A DNA stretch of 64,000 nucleotides from Octopus sinensis. Taxonomy: Eukaryota. The stretch spans positions 11,346,001-11,410,000 of the forward strand of contig NC_043011.1 of NCBI RefSeq assembly GCF_006345805.1, given 5' to 3'. The notes beneath the pieces are model-generated. The model was not told where the DNA came from. It saw only the letters and a list, made by a program, of their open reading frames with translations, and did not search any database. The position numbers and the translations under genes were made by a program. This document shows positions 22,770 through 36,265 of this stretch, in pieces (positions within the stretch are counted from its first letter, which is position 1; the number at the start of each line of letters is the position of its first letter).

Positions 22770-23466
22770 ATTTCTATTATCGAAACTTTTATTGGAATAT
22801 AATACATATGTATATGATACATATATAATACAAAACCTCGTTAAAAATATAAATCCAAAATCAGGAGAGAAAAATAGAAAAAGAGGAACTAAGAAAGAAA
22901 AAGGGAAAAAATTACACCAATTCAACATCAATTGCCTCAATTGGTCGCACACCACAAATTCAGCGGAACCTATTGAAACAAGCCAGCATGCTCGCGGCAT
23001 TACCACAGCCGATGGCGAGGCTAAGGCGTTGGGACAGCCAAGCACCCTCATGGGTGTCACCTGATACCTCGGTAAGGCGAACCGCTAACGATGGCAAGAA
23101 CTTCACCGTTAGCGGCTCAGTCCATCCTAACGTCTCAAATGCCACAAGCTGGAAGTATACTTAAGGATATCGTTTTATTCGGCTACGGAAGAAGTGATCC
23201 TCCCATTTATTGCAGCATCCAAAATGTGGGAAGGAGGAGCAAAGGAGACACAGATTATGGCGTCCCAGACGTGGTACCTAGATCTTATTCAGGGACAAAG
23301 GGTAAGACCACCTGGTCTCTTGCCATCACTTCTGGATAATCTCGCCAGCTCCAGAATTGAGAGGATATTAACTTGAGCCTAGTGTGACGAGCGAAACGAT
23401 CAGCATTTAGACAGCGAGACACACCTGTAGAGTCGAGGAGTCTACCACAGAGACATCTCAGCTACA

Positions 23467-23513
<47 letters not shown>

Positions 23514-23720
23514 GTTCCCATTTTGAGCGCAATGGAGATGCTGAGTCCAACTAGACTGAGTAGACTACCAATGTTGGCCACAGACTGGGCATCAACCCAG
23601 TCCCTCGAGAATTTTGCACTAGCAGAAAGTTGGCGATAACTTGAAAATTAATCAGATTGGTCAAAGGCAGAGTTGAAAGTGCACCTGAGCGCAGATCGTC
23701 CCATACACTCTGCTTCCGTC
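22770..23720 (-). mobile_element. CRE-clade-like non-LTR retrotransposon 3' fragment, interrupted by (CA)n
   Basis: Minus-strand remnants are RLLASAKFSRDWVDA...SISIALKMG, RCLCG...RFARH, SDGKRPGGLTLCP, and AFETLG...WLSQRLSLAIGCGNAASML (ORF 22960-23145). AATAAA lies near 22790. Confidence 0.75.
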
Positions 23721-23744
23721 TATCCTCAACTGTATTAGGAACTG

Positions 23745-23975
23745 ACGGCGAGTTGGTAGAAACGTTAGCACGCCGGGCAAAATGCGTAGCCGTCTTTCGT
23801 CTGTCGTTACGTTCCAAGTTCAAATTCCGCCGAGGTCGACTTTGCCTATCATCCTTTTGGGGTCGATAAATTAAGTACCAGTTACGCACTGGGGTGGATG
23901 TAATCGACTTAATCCCTTTGTCTCTCCTTGTTTGTCCCCTCTATGTTTAGCCTCTTATGGGTAATAAGGAAATAT
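23745..23975 (+). mobile_element. SINE family A full copy with 'ttgtttgtcccctc' tail
   Basis: Head ggcgagttggtagaaacgttagcacgccgggc, conserved core, tail ccttgtttgtcccctctatgtttagcctcttatgggtaataag. Confidence 0.85.
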
Positions 23976-24059
23976 GTATTAGGAACTGACAAACCCAGCT
24001 TTCTCCACTGTAACAGAATTTCATCCATCTCCCTGTTGGGATTAGTCTATTGGCATAAT

Positions 24060-24465
24060 GACTCTCCCTAGGCCGAGCGTTAAACTAATACATCTGTTTG
24101 TTGTTTACACATCCGTCTTCGTCTTTTTTTTGTTCTTTTTTTTTGTAAATTCCAACTATGTATTGCACGCTCACGTGGTCGCACCAGTTTCATCCTGTCT
24201 CTGTCTCATACACTTCGAACTTCTACCTGGATTTTCTTCTCCCCTACACTTCGGACTTCCACCTGGATTACACTGGATACACATGGATTACACTGGGCTC
24301 TTCCGTTGATGGGAAATCGCTGCAATACACCACGACGTTTGAACCTTTTCAACTTTCTCTCTGCTTATTTCTGTGTTCCTTTCTGTTGAAGAGCGTAGTC
24401 TCGAAATGTAACAGACTTCCTCACTTCCCGCGCGTTAAACTAATACATCTGTTTATTGGTTGTTG
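24060..24465 (+). mobile_element. Penelope-like terminal repeat (partial tandem)
   Basis: The direct repeat gcgttaaactaatacatctgttt occurs at ~24077 and ~24432. The region is homologous to the reverse complement of 4205-4350. Confidence 0.55.
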
Positions 24466-24574
24466 TTCAATTTGAAAACTCCACCAGAGTGGACGAAATC
24501 GCTAATATATGATATATGATTTATAAAAATATGTAACATACTAATAAATATCTGTAAATATAAAACCATCCAGA

Positions 24575-24678
24575 TTTCCAGCGGGATGGCGTCATTTGAA
24601 GGCTAAAGCAATGCGAAGCGCATTGTGACCAGCGATGTGTAGCAACATCTGATAACCTAGTCGGTCACGGTGATCACG

Positions 24679-24685
<7 letters not shown>
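24575..24685 (+). mobile_element. SINE family C 3' fragment
   Basis: Matches the reverse complement of 46602-46710 (cattgtgaccagcgatgtgtagcaacatctgat...gtcggtcacg). Confidence 0.7.
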
Positions 24686-24735
<50 letters not shown>

Positions 24736-25139
24736 TATATGTATATATATATACATATAATGGGTCAGTAGTTCATAAATTAATGAAGCACGCTAAAACT
24801 TTAGAGCAGTAATGCTTAAAAGTTTATAGGCTATGGCCAGTCCAGGAGTGACCATTGGTTTCGTACTTATAAAGTTCTCAGCGGTATAGGTGACTCGTCA
24901 GACTCGTTGGCTAGAATCACGTAACCTTTCAGTATAGTATAGTATATAGTAGTGGCTGCGATAATTCTTTCTCCTGTAGGCACAAGGGCTGCAATTTCAG
25001 TGGAGGGGGCTAGTTGATTGAATCGACCTCTGTTCAACAGGTACTTATTTTATCGACCCCAAAAGTTTAAAAGGGAAAGCTGACCCCAGCAGTGGGATGG
25101 TGGTTGTGGTGGTGCGTGCAGGACTGATGCCAAGATAAA

Positions 25140-26410
25140 CAGACTCCTAATCCAGTGCTAAGTGTGCTCCTTCTCCTACCCCTATAATGTGGTTGGCATG
25201 GACTTGCCTCTCCAGGTGCCGAGCTGCAGGCCCACCGAATTCTCCAGATTATTTTTTGCGTCTGTCACCGCTTCGTACTCCCTTAGGGTAGTCCCGATCA
25301 TCTTGATTTCCGACCTGTTTGACACTATTACGGTGAAGTCGTCCGCATATGCCGACACGAACCTTCCGCATCCCAGATCACGCGAAATATCCAACTTCCT
25401 TAGTAATGGCTCGAGAGCCAGCACGTACAGATGGAGTGATGCTAAACAATTCCGATAGGCGGCCGTTTACTTTGACCACCGAATAGGTGTCACTGTACAT
25501 TGCAGCGATCCACTATCCGAAAACAGCCGCCGCGAGGACAGCCTCCAAGTATTGATGGTCGACTCTGTCAAAAGCTTTCGAGTGACCCAAATTGATCAGG
25601 GTCCCACCCATACCAGGTTCCTTCCCTACCCCCTCTATGATGTAGCGCGTGAGGTGGAGGTTGTCGTGGAGAGGTCTTTTCGGGATAGCTCATGTCTGCG
25701 TATCACCGACCAGCTTATTAACAAGCGTCAACCTCCTGGCTAACACCTTGGCCAGAATCTTATAATCTGCGTTCACTGGGTTATGGGCCTAAAATTGTCT
25801 ATTTGGTCCACCCCTTGTTCGGGTCCTTTTTCAGCAGCACCACCACGCCACGGTTCACAGCACTGAGTATTCTCCCGTTCTGCTGCCAGTTGTCGTAGAC
25901 ATCCGCCAAGAGATCACTGAACAAGTCTGGCATATGAAGATAAATCTCGTAGAGCAAACCATCCAGCCCCGGAGACTTCTCCCATGTGCAGCTCCTCATC
26001 ACGTCCTGTATACCTTCGGCTGTCATTGGCATTTCGGAGAAATCCGCTGAAAGGCGCAGCATGCCGTCGAGGTGGGAGGTGAAATCTACCCCCTATCCCC
26101 AATACATCACGCGCCCCGAACAGTTCGATGAAGTGCCGCTGAAATTCCGTACACATCTGTTTGAATTCGTGTAGCATACGCCCGTCCCAGCCCGTCAAAA
26201 ACGAATTGTTGACACGTTGCACCTCTGCTACCCAGACCCATCGAACGGCTTTTCGCCCCTCGTATCTTAGAGCACGCGTCCTAGCTCTGACAACGGAAAC
26301 TTCGTGCTTGGCATTGAAAAATTGATCAAGAGTCAATCTCGCCGCTATTACGTCAGTCGCAATGCCACTGCTAAACGCCTCATTTAGCTTCCTGCCTAGC
26401 GCTCCCTCTA
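25140..26410 (-). mobile_element. L1/Tx1 ORF2 internal fragment
   Basis: ORFs contain SCTWEKSPGLDGLLYEIY and LALEPLLRKL...VSAYADDFTVIVS, homologous to 58.9-60.3 kb. Confidence 0.85.
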
Positions 26411-27635
26411 TCCTCAGAGGGGAATGAGAAAAATACTGGCTTCAAAGCTGAATGCCAGAAACATAATTTCGGCAATAAACTCGCGCGCAGTCGCAGTAGT
26501 TCGATATGGCGCTGGAATCCTGAAATGGACAGAGGAGGAACTAAGGGGAATGGACAGGAAGTCAAAAAAGCTCCTAACGATCCATGGAGCCCATCATCCA
26601 CGTGCAGACACCGACTGCCTATACATGAAGACAGAAAATGGAGGAAGAGGACTGATAAGTGTGGAATACTGTGCACTTATCGAACTCCAGGGCTTAAGGA
26701 GGCACCTAGCCCAAAATAAGGAAACCTTGCTAGTGTCAGTTAGGAACGAGGGGGTATTGAAAGCAGAGAAAAAAAGGAAAAACCAAGGAAGAAGTACAAA
26801 AAGGACACGAAGAAGAATTACGCAACATAGGACTACACAATCAACTCCATGTAGCCACAACAGAAGTTGCTGGAAAAATAGGTGAGATTGGCTGAAGAAA
26901 GGAACAGTAAAAAAAAAAAAGACCAATAGCACTATACTGGCAGCTCAAGACCGAGCTTTGGCCACCACGAACTGGAGGATCTCTCTGCTGCGCCGCATCT
27001 GTAATAGAGTGGATGAAACCATTCTCCATATCACAAAGGAAAGCCCTAGACTTGCCCCAAACCACTACAAATTGTGGTGAAATGATCAGGTAGCGAAAAT
27101 GCTACATTGTAAACTTTGCGAAAAGTGGGGGCTAAAGAGGGGCAAGAGGTGGTATGAGCACAAGCCGCAGAGAGTGGCGGAGTCGGAGACTAGTAAAATC
27201 CTCTGGGATTTCCCAATCCAAACAGATCAAGTGTTAGAGCATAATAGACCCGACCTAGTGGTGGTCGACAAGATGCACCACATGTGCTATATAGTTGATG
27301 TTGCAGGCCCCTTTGACCCATGAAAAGTCAAGAAGGAAGGTAAAAAAACCCCCAGATAAATACAACCCTCTTGAGTACGGAATAGCCCTGCTATGGAAAA
27401 TGAAGAAAGTGAAGATAGTGCCAATTATTGTTAGGTCTTTGGGAACAGTATCAGAAGGGATCAGTAAGAATATCAAGGAAATTGAAATAGAGTGCCCAGA
27501 ATAATCAGGAACGTATTAGATAGCTGAAAGAACAAATAGCATGGTACCGTAGGCTGCAGGTAGCAAGCCCGCTATGCATGCAAAACCCCAGAAGTTCCAA
27601 CAAAACCTGTGATAAAAAGAAATAATAATAATAAT
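26410..27635 (+). mobile_element. Dong/R4-clade LINE 3' fragment (RT C-terminus, RLE) with (TAA)n tail
   Basis: ORF 26424 reads MRKILASKLNARNIISAINSRAVAVVRYGAG...GGRGLISVE. ORF 27099 reads ILWDFPIQTDQVLEHNRPDLVVVDK. The element ends in aaataataataataat. Confidence 0.85.
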
Positions 27636-28689
27636 TTTGTCACAAGGCTAGCAAGTTCGGAGGAGGGGGTAGGTCGATTATATTGATCCCAGTGTTCAAC
27701 TAGTACTTATTTTATTGACCCCCGAGAAGATGAAAGGCAAGTCGACCTCAATAATTTTCTACTAAGTTACAATATATTGACTATGAATACGAACATTTTT
27801 ACATCATTTACACTTTGTTCGTTCTTAGCACATATACTTGTATTCTGCTATACTTTACATGCAAACATCACTACTATCGTTTGTAACTTTCTTACAGGTA
27901 GAAGAGTCTGTTGCGAGACCTAGGATTTGAATCTCATCCTCTAAGTTATCAGGCCAGTGCCACGAATTGACAACGCATTTATCACGTGTATGTTATATTC
28001 ATCGACCAATCGGTTTTTCAGGAGATCATGCCACAATCAGAACAAAAGTGAATGATCGAGATTCGCACGCTTTTCTGATGTTATAAGTAGTTTGGCGTCA
28101 AGTGTCTTAGCAGAGGTTGAGAGCAACCAGGGTACAGATATTTCACCTCTCGTCACAAGCGAGCCAGACCAGGGCAAAGCTTTAGCAAGATTCGGTGGAC
28201 TAACATCTTCTTGTCTCTCGCTCCAAGAAAACTCAATGGCTGATAAATACAATTTGTCTAGTGTAGTTGGCATCCGTCGGTCTCGAGTGACCATGGATCT
28301 GCGCCCGAAGAAATCGTGTCAGTTAAAACATGTTATTTCACTCTTGTTGAAAGCAAACCCAGAAATGTAGATTCAGATTAACTCACGTTTCGATTTTCAT
28401 TCAAGACCAATTCGTTATTGTAAGTCATTAATGACCGTAGTTAGTCACTATGAAAGTAGATCCCTATATCCTAAGACTCTGTACAGTGAGTATCTGAAAA
28501 ACCATGCATATATGTACGGCCTTTCCTTAAATAAATATATAAATGTATTCCTTAAATAAATATATAAATGTATTCCTTAAATAAATATATAAAATGTCAG
28601 CGAGTTTCGTTCCTTTCCACTATAATCTTACTAACAAAAAATAAAAACAAACAAAAAAACAACACGGCGACAATGGTGACCAATACTCG

Positions 28690-28752
28690 AGTTAACCAGT
28701 ATCTCGAGTGGTCTGTGTGTGTTTGTATGCGAGTGTGTGTGTGCGTGCGTGC

Positions 28753-28802
<50 letters not shown>

Positions 28803-28805
28803 TGC

Positions 28806-28875
<70 letters not shown>
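28690..28875. repeat. (GT)n/(GCGT)n microsatellite
   Basis: Directly visible. Confidence 0.95.
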
Positions 28876-29288
28876 AATAAATGAGATCGGGGTGGTTAAT
28901 GCATGTTGTAAAGTATATGGTTTATTGAAACTGAATACTTATCTCGCAACTCGTGTTTCACGTCACAACGATCTCAGTTAAGTGATATGTTTATATTCGT
29001 TGGTATGGATATGGTTTTATGCCTGCGTTTTTGTTCATCGGTTCGCATTTTATGTTTAATGATTGGTAGTTATTTTTCTGCCACGTCATTGGTTTATTTT
29101 TTTTTGTGGCATAATAATTTATCTTTCTTGTGCTAGTTGATGAGGGATCGATCCGCTTATGCAAAAAAAAAAAAAAAAAAAATTAAAATCCAACCAACTA
29201 ATAAAAGCATGAAACCACACCCTCACCAACGAATATAACTACATGGTGACGCACGAAAATGTAACCTGAGACACGTAGCATAATGTAA

Positions 29289-29675
29289 TCTCTATATATA
29301 TAAAGCTGAAGTTGTCTGTGTGTATGGCAGGTTTGGTAGCCTTCAACTAACACTATCTCCCCCGAGACCCTGTGGCGCAAGTTGACCAAAATTGAGAGTA
29401 TGATAGAAGAAGGCTTGCTCTTTATTCCGTAAAATTCAAATCGGACCATGTTAACACCAAAAATTATTTATATCAAAAAGGTGCTTTTTTTCTACGAAAA
29501 TCCCTATTTTTTGCGATTTTTTGACTACTGTGTCGTCATTTTTCGGTGTATTTCAACCAGAAGAATGTTCACTTAAAGAGAATAACAAGCTACATAATGC
29601 AAACTTTTTACTTTTCAAAAATTCTAATTTTAAAGGGTCGAAACAAACCCGAGCAACGACGGGCGATAGTGTTAG
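29289..29675 (+). mobile_element. Non-autonomous Helitron-like element
   Basis: Starts A|TCTCTATATATATAAA and ends with the hairpin CCCGAGCAACGACGGG followed by ...GTTAG|T (CTAG-like), inserted between A and T. Confidence 0.7.
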
Positions 29676-29879
29676 TACAGAAATAAATTTACACACACGA
29701 AAAAAACACCCAGCCTTTCGTTTGCGAGTGTCATTTTGTTATTCCGACTGCTTGTAACTGCTGAACAAAAATGATGCACTAGTCAACTGTTTGTTACTTC
29801 CTCCTCACTGCATCCTCACCACATTAGTTCATTTTTAAATTGCACTGGGTGAACATCTCTAATCTTTTCTGCAAGTTGA

Positions 29880-30160
29880 CCTGCTCAGTAACGAAAAGGG
29901 TGGAGATCGTGGAAGTGTATTTGAAAATGGGTTCTGTTAAGCAAACGCAGGAAAATTTTTAGTAAAATTTCCAGGTAAAGGTTAACCGCAAAGAGAACAA
30001 TACAAACGTTGGTTAAGAAGTGGCGCTCTATGCGGTCAGTACACAACGCCTCAAAACAAAGAGACATTCGCCAAGGTATTACTCGAAGTCTAAAGAAGTC
30101 AATACATAAATTGGCGCTGCATTCTTAAGTTGAAGCCATATCATATCACATATGTACAGC
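29880..30160 (+). mobile_element. Tc1/mariner-superfamily transposase N-terminal remnant (DUF4817-like HTH)
   Basis: Translates to KRVEIVEVYLKMGSVKQTQ...IQTLVKKWRSMRSVHN. Confidence 0.4.
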
Positions 30161-30169
30161 GATTAAAGA

Positions 30170-30520
30170 GGAGGCGCAATGGCCCACTGGTTAGGGCAGC
30201 GGACTCGCGGTCGTAGGATCGCGGTTTCGATTCCCAGACCGGGCGTTGTGAGTGTTTATTGAGTGAAAACACCTAAAGCTCCACGAGGCTCCGGCAGGGA
30301 TGGTGGTGATCCCTGCTGTACTCTTTCACCACAACTTTCTCTCACTCTTACTTCCTGTTTCTGTTGTACCTGTATTTCAAAGGACCGGCCTTGTCACTCT
30401 CTGTGTCACGTTGAATATCCTCGAGAACTACGTTAAGGGTACACGTGTCTGTGGAGTTGATCGGATCAACCGGAACCCTCGTCGTCGTAACCGACGGAGT
30501 GCTTCCATCCACAGCAATTA
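30170..30520 (+). mobile_element. SINE family C (tRNA-Arg-like head)
   Basis: Head ggaggcgcaatggcccactggttagggcagcggactcgcggtcgtaggatcgcggtttcgattccc, with A/B-box-like motifs and a TCG anticodon-like loop. A second copy is at 46602-46905. Confidence 0.8.
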
Positions 30521-30723
30521 AAAGTGGATGACAAGAGCAAACGAATAGATTACTGCACATGACTTCGAATAACAATTACAAATGACACTTGCAAACGAAA
30601 TGCTAAGTGCTTTTTCGTGCGTGTAACTTAATTTCTGTATTTTCACTGCTTTATCGTGCGCCCACCAAACCGAGTTGTAACAGTTTTCGCAGAGGTGTGA
30701 ACTCGATTCACGAGTCAAACATT

Positions 30724-30776
<53 letters not shown>

Positions 30777-30977
30777 TGCGTGTGTGCATGTGAGAATATA
30801 TATATATTGATGTTGTGACTCTTTGCGCGGTGCAACATAGAGGTTTGTCAAATAAATTTCGATAAAATATATACCAGACTGAAGTAAGTTAGGCTCGATA
30901 GGATCGACTAAATCTTGAAAGTAATGCCTCCAGGCCGCAGTCTAATGACTTAGTAAAAGAATATATGTACATGTACA

Positions 30978-31372
30978 GGCGCAGGAGTGGCTGTGTGGTA
31001 AGTAGCTTGCTTACGAACTTGCTTAGTTCAGTCCCACTGCGTGGCACCTTGGGCAAGTGTCTTCTACTATAGCCTCGGGCCGACCAAAGCCCTGTGAGTG
31101 GAATCGGTAAACGGAAACTGAAAGAAACCTGTCGTATATATATATATATGTGTGCGTGTATGTTTGTGTGTCTGTGTTTGTTCCCCTAGCATTGCTTGAC
31201 AACCGATGCTGGTGTGTTTATGCCCCCGCCACTTAGCGGTTCGGCAAAAGAGACCGATAGAATAAGTACTGGGCTTACAAAGAGTAAGTCCCGGGGTCGA
31301 GTTGCTCGATTAAAGGCGGTGCTCCAGCATGGCCACAGTCAAATGACTGAAACAAGTAAAAAGAGAAAAGAG
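30978..31372 (+). mobile_element. SINE family B copy
   Basis: ggcgcaggagtggctgtgtggtaag...caccttgggcaagtgtcttctactatag...gactgaaacaagtaaaaagag, the same family as 39330-41890. Confidence 0.85.
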
Positions 31373-31376
31373 GATA

Positions 31377-31389
<13 letters not shown>

Positions 31390-31411
<22 letters not shown>

Positions 31412-32010
31412 TGTTGGCATCCTTTTTGACTCGGGAGACAATGGAGTTGCGCATAAAATAATCTAGTCCGGCTTTTACATTTCATGTCCTAATACATCTC
31501 CTGCTGTGGCTGTGTAGTCCTATCCTGGACAAACACTCCCTCTGGCAGGTGCCGCAAATGTAACGAAGACTGTTCCTGGCTGGTTGTAATGTCATAGTTT
31601 CTTGTTGACGTCTTTTCTTGTCTTTCCATTTCTCCTCTCTCTGTCACTCCTTTGTATTCCCTCTTTTACGGTACGTCGCCAATCTCCACGGTTGCTGGCA
31701 ACTGCTTCCCAATTGCTAATATTGATGTTGCAGGCTTTCATGTCCCTTTTGCAAACATCCTTGTAACGTAAGAACGGTCTTCCCACAGACCTAGTACCCC
31801 TAGCAAGCTCTCCGTAGAGTATGTCCTTGGAGATTCTGCCATCTTTCATACGGCTAACATGTCCAAGCCATCTCATACGTCTTTGTGTGAGGAGTGTAAA
31901 CATTCCTACTTGCTTGAGGACATCTTTGTTGGGGACATGATTTTGCCATTTGATGCGAAGGATTTTCCGGAGGCAGCGCAGGTGAAAGATGTTTAGGCGA
32001 CGCCTAAACA
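31390..32010 (-). mobile_element. RTE-clade LINE 3' fragment
   Basis: ORF 31592-32011 contains FHLRCLRKILRIKWQ...RWLGHVSRMKDGRISKDILYGEL. Confidence 0.85.
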
Positions 32011-32013
32011 TTG

Positions 32014-32056
<43 letters not shown>

Positions 32057-32479
32057 ATTATATATATAATCAATGGTAACAGTTGCAAAAAAAAAATTCC
32101 ACATAAATACATCACTTTTCAGAAACAACACCAAAAACATGAAATATCGTTATAATCATCCTTCCTTCGTTATCATTACAGCTTCGCACAGAATACTTTT
32201 TCCTTTCCCCAGAAGTAAAACTTTGTTAATATAACGTAAGAAATAAAATTACTTTAATACAACATTCACTACCCAAAAACCTTTGAATAGAGGTAAGATT
32301 TAAGCGTCACTAATGCGATAATCCAGGAAACATTTTTACAGATACAACACTGGACACCACATAATCCTAATTATCCGCAGAAAAGGTTGGATACACCAAT
32401 GTAATCACACAAGACGCCTCACAACATAAATAAAATCTTGTATACAAAATACCGATACCAAAAAGCATATATACAAATA

Positions 32480-35400
32480 ATAATAATAATGTTCGTCCTT
32501 CGGTTCGAAGATGACCAACTGACATCATCTGATGGAACTGGCGCCATGAGACCGGATGTGGCTGGTGAGGCCAATCCGGGCAAGGAAGCCCCTCCCACAG
32601 GTGGGGCAGAAGTGGGTAGGGGCCGTGCTACTGGTGCAGGCGGCTCTGGCTTTACGCATCTGACGTTTCTGCTCCGCTGACCAAATCCGTCCCTCCTCGG
32701 CTGTCCCTGCTCCCACGGTGATTGCGCTGCGCCAGGATGAGCGGTTGGCAGCAAGTGTCTCCCAGGTCTCTGTTCCGATGGAGAAGTCTTTGAGAGAGAC
32801 CTTGAGACTATCCTTGTAGCGCTTCTTCTGCCCTCCGACTTTGCGCCTGCCCTGGCCGAGTTCACCGTAGAAGAGCTGTTTTGGGATGCGAGTGTCGGAC
32901 ATGCGGGAGACGTGGCCCGCCCATCTCAGCTGGGCCTTGCGCATGATTGTGATGGTGCTAGGGAGATCTGCCTGCTTCAGAACTTCCGTATCTGGGACTT
33001 TGTCCTGCCAGCGGATGTGAAGGAGGTTCCGAAGACACCTGAGATGGAAGTGGTTTATCTGGCGCTCGTGCCTTCGGTAAGCAGTCCACGTCTCGCAGCC
33101 GTATAGTAGGGTGGTAAGCACGACTGCCCGGTAGACTTTCAACTTGGTGTTGAGGCTGATTCCTCTCCGCTCCCAGACTTTCTTTCGCAGTCTCCCAAAC
33201 GCGCTGCTTGCCTTGGAGATTCTGTTGATGGTTTCAGCATCTATGTTGGCATTGCAGGAGAGAGTGCTGCCCAGGTAGGTGAAGTTTTCCACCACTCGTA
33301 GGATCCGTCCGTTCACCCTTATCTGAGGCTCATGGTATTGTTTGCCGGGGGCTGGCTGAAACATCACTTCGGTTTTCTTGGCACTGATGGTGAGACCGAA
33401 GTTGTCACAGGCTGATGAGAACCTGTCCATCTCGAGCTGCATCTCCTGCTCATCGATTGCATTAAGGGCGCAGTCGTCAGCAAAGAGAAAGTCTCTGACG
33501 ACTGTCTCCCTCACCTTTGTGACAGCCTGCAATCTTCTGGAGTTGAAAAGTTTCCCGTCTGTCCTGTACTTGATGTCGATACCGGACTTGCAGTCCCTAA
33601 AGGCGTCGGACAGCATTGCCGAGAACATGATGCTGAACAGTGTTGGGGCCAGGACACAGCCCTGCCTGACTCCGTTGGTCACCTGGAAGGCTTCAGATGA
33701 GTTGCCGTCTTCAAGGACTCTGGCTGTCATTCCGTCGTGGAACTGGTGGACAATTGCAATAAATTTGCTGGGGCAACCAAATTTTCCCATGACCTTCCAT
33801 AGTCCCTCCCGACTGACTGTATCAAAGGCCTTGGTGAGGTCAACAAAGGTCATGCAGAGGTCAAGGTGCTGCTCCATGCATTTCTCCTGGAGCTGGCGGG
33901 CGGCGAATATCATGTCAGTGGTCCCTCGACCCGCGCGGAAGCCACACTGGCTCTCAGGGAGAAGGCCTTGCTCCAAGTGTTCCAGAAGGCGGTCAAGCAG
34001 GACCCGGGCCAGGATCTTTCCTGCTATGGACAAGAGGGAAATACCTCGGTGGTTGTCGCAGGACTGCCGATCTCCTTTCCGCTTATAAATGTGGACGATT
34101 GTTGCGTCCCGGAAATCTTGAGGGAGTTGTTCCCTGTCCCACATCGACTGGAACAGGCTGGTGAGCTGACTGATCATGGTGGGGCCGCCCGACTTGAACA
34201 CCTCTGCAGGGATGGCGTCAGAGCCTGGAGCTTTGCCGGTGGACATTTTTTTGATGGCTCTGCTCACTTCCTCTACTGCAGGGGGAACAGCCAACTCGTG
34301 GTTTGTCGGCACCTGGGGGAGTCGTGCGATGGCTTCCTCGTTGATCTGGGCTGGTCGGTTGAGCACGATGTTGAAATGCTCCGCCCATCTCTCCAGGATC
34401 AGCCTCTTGTTAGTCAGGAGTGAGGTTCCATCCGAGCTGAGCAGGGGGGTTGATCCAAAGGAGAACTGCGGTCCATAGATAGCTCTCAGCGCCTCGTAGA
34501 ATTTCTTGGTGTCGTGTTTGTCTGCGTATCCCTGAATCTCATCCGCCTTGGCGCTTAACCATGTGTCTTGCATGAGGCGAAGTTTAGCCTGGACTGTGCT
34601 GCGAATGTTGTTGAAAGCGGCCTTCTTTGCCGTGCAGGTGGTGTCATTTTGGTGAGCCCGCAGCAGACGGCGTTTCTCTTCCAGGAGCTTCTGGATTTCC
34701 TGGTCGTTTTCGTCGAACCAGTCCTGGTGGTTCCTCGTAACTTGGCCCAGAGTTTCAAGGGCGATGGAATGAACCGTGTCCCTGAATGATTCCACTGCTC
34801 ATCGATGCTGGACTGGTCACTCCGAATGTCCAACAGCTTGCTGTCCATACGTGACTGGAGATCTTGTGCAGTCAGCTGGTTCTTTAATTTCGTGATGTTA
34901 AGCTTCCTCGTCACTTTCTGACCTTGTGGTCTTCTCTTAGGTCGGATGTAGAAATCCATCCTGGAGATGATGAGGCGATGGTCCGTCCAGCAGTCAGCTC
35001 CGCACATGGCTTTGACCAGTCTCACGTCCCGCCTGTCTTTCGCCCTGACGATGACGTAATCTATCAGATGCCAGTGTTTGGAGCGTGGATACATCCATGA
35101 TGTCTTGTTGCGTGTTGGCAGACGGAACAAGGTGTTGGCGATGGTAAGATCATGAGAGGCACACGCACGCAGGAGGAGCTGTCCGTTGCTGTTGCACTTT
35201 CCGATTCCTTGCTTTCCCAGTACGCGATGCCAGGCTTGGTGGTCAGTCCTGACACGGGCGTTAAAATCCCCAAGGAGGATGAGCTTCCCAGGCTGGGCTG
35301 ACGTGATGAGGGAGTCGAGTTCCTCATAGAACCTGTCCTTAACTTCTTCAGGGTTGGTCATGGTGGAGGCGTAAGCACTGATGATGGTCGCACTAGTCTT

Positions 35401-36265
35401 GTTTCCAAGTGGGAGCTGCATCTTCATCAGCCGATCGTTGATACCCTCGGGGGGGCTTTCCAGTTTCCGCACGTGTACTGACTTAATGGCAAAACCAACA
35501 CCAGCCTCACGACGCTCTTCGCTGCTGCGACCACTCCAAAAGAAAGTGTAGCCGCCGCCTGTCTCTGTCAGCTGGCCTTTGTCCGCAAGGCGGGTCTCGC
35601 TCAGTGCTGCAATATCGACATTGTATCGGCTCAGTTCTCTGGCCACCAGGGCAGTTCGTCTCTCTGGTCTGTCCGCTTTGGTGTTGTCAAGCAGAGTTCT
35701 CACGTTCCAAGTTGCGAAAGTGAGCACCTTTGTTTGTTTTCTTCTTTCTTTGTTTCGACCGCTTGGAAAGGATCCCCGCCAGCCGCGGTTTGCTGACCAG
35801 GGTGAGGTGAGGCAGGCTATGTTTAGGGCAACCTTTTCTAGCCCCGTCCTCATGCTGGGGAGGCGAGCAGAGCGATCCTGAAGAGGACTGCTCGGTCACT
35901 CAGGAGGCTGCCGGACTCCACTGCTGCCTCAGTTCAGTGAGGGGCGACCACATGTCCTGAGCCGCCTGTGTGTGGGTTCACGACTGCAGCTCCCAGTGTA
36001 TCCTCACCTGCTACTTCGCCGTTTCCCCATCGCCACAGGACTTTGGGATGGTGTCATGACGTCATGATGTCGTGACATGCGCGTGACTTGGATTATAGTG
36101 AGGGTGACTTGCGCAGGATCAGTCTCACTCTCTCGTCCTGGTGCGCCGGATCCAGTGGCAAGACAAAGTCAAGACGACTGGGGGTAGACCAAGATGCAAG
36201 AGCTGCCGGAAGGTGGCACGCATGGCGCAATCCAACCGCCTTAGGGGCTCCACTCCGGATTTTGG
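32480..36265 (-). mobile_element. Full-length RTE-clade LINE with 9-bp TSD and a single frameshift
   Basis: APE endonuclease ORF 34555-35853 (TWNVRTL, SETR, GDFNA, WHLIDY, TDH) overlaps RT ORF 32525-34795 (NHRGISLL, GVRQGCVLAP, FADD, C-terminal CPTC...HIRSH). It has an (ATT)n tail, and ATACAAATA occurs at 32471-32479 and 36266-36274. Confidence 0.95.

Noticed and set aside
30170-30245. tRNA-Arg-like sequence (also at 46830-46905)
   Set aside because: It continues into a SINE body, is multicopy and lacks a proper cloverleaf acceptor stem. It is a SINE head, not a tRNA gene.
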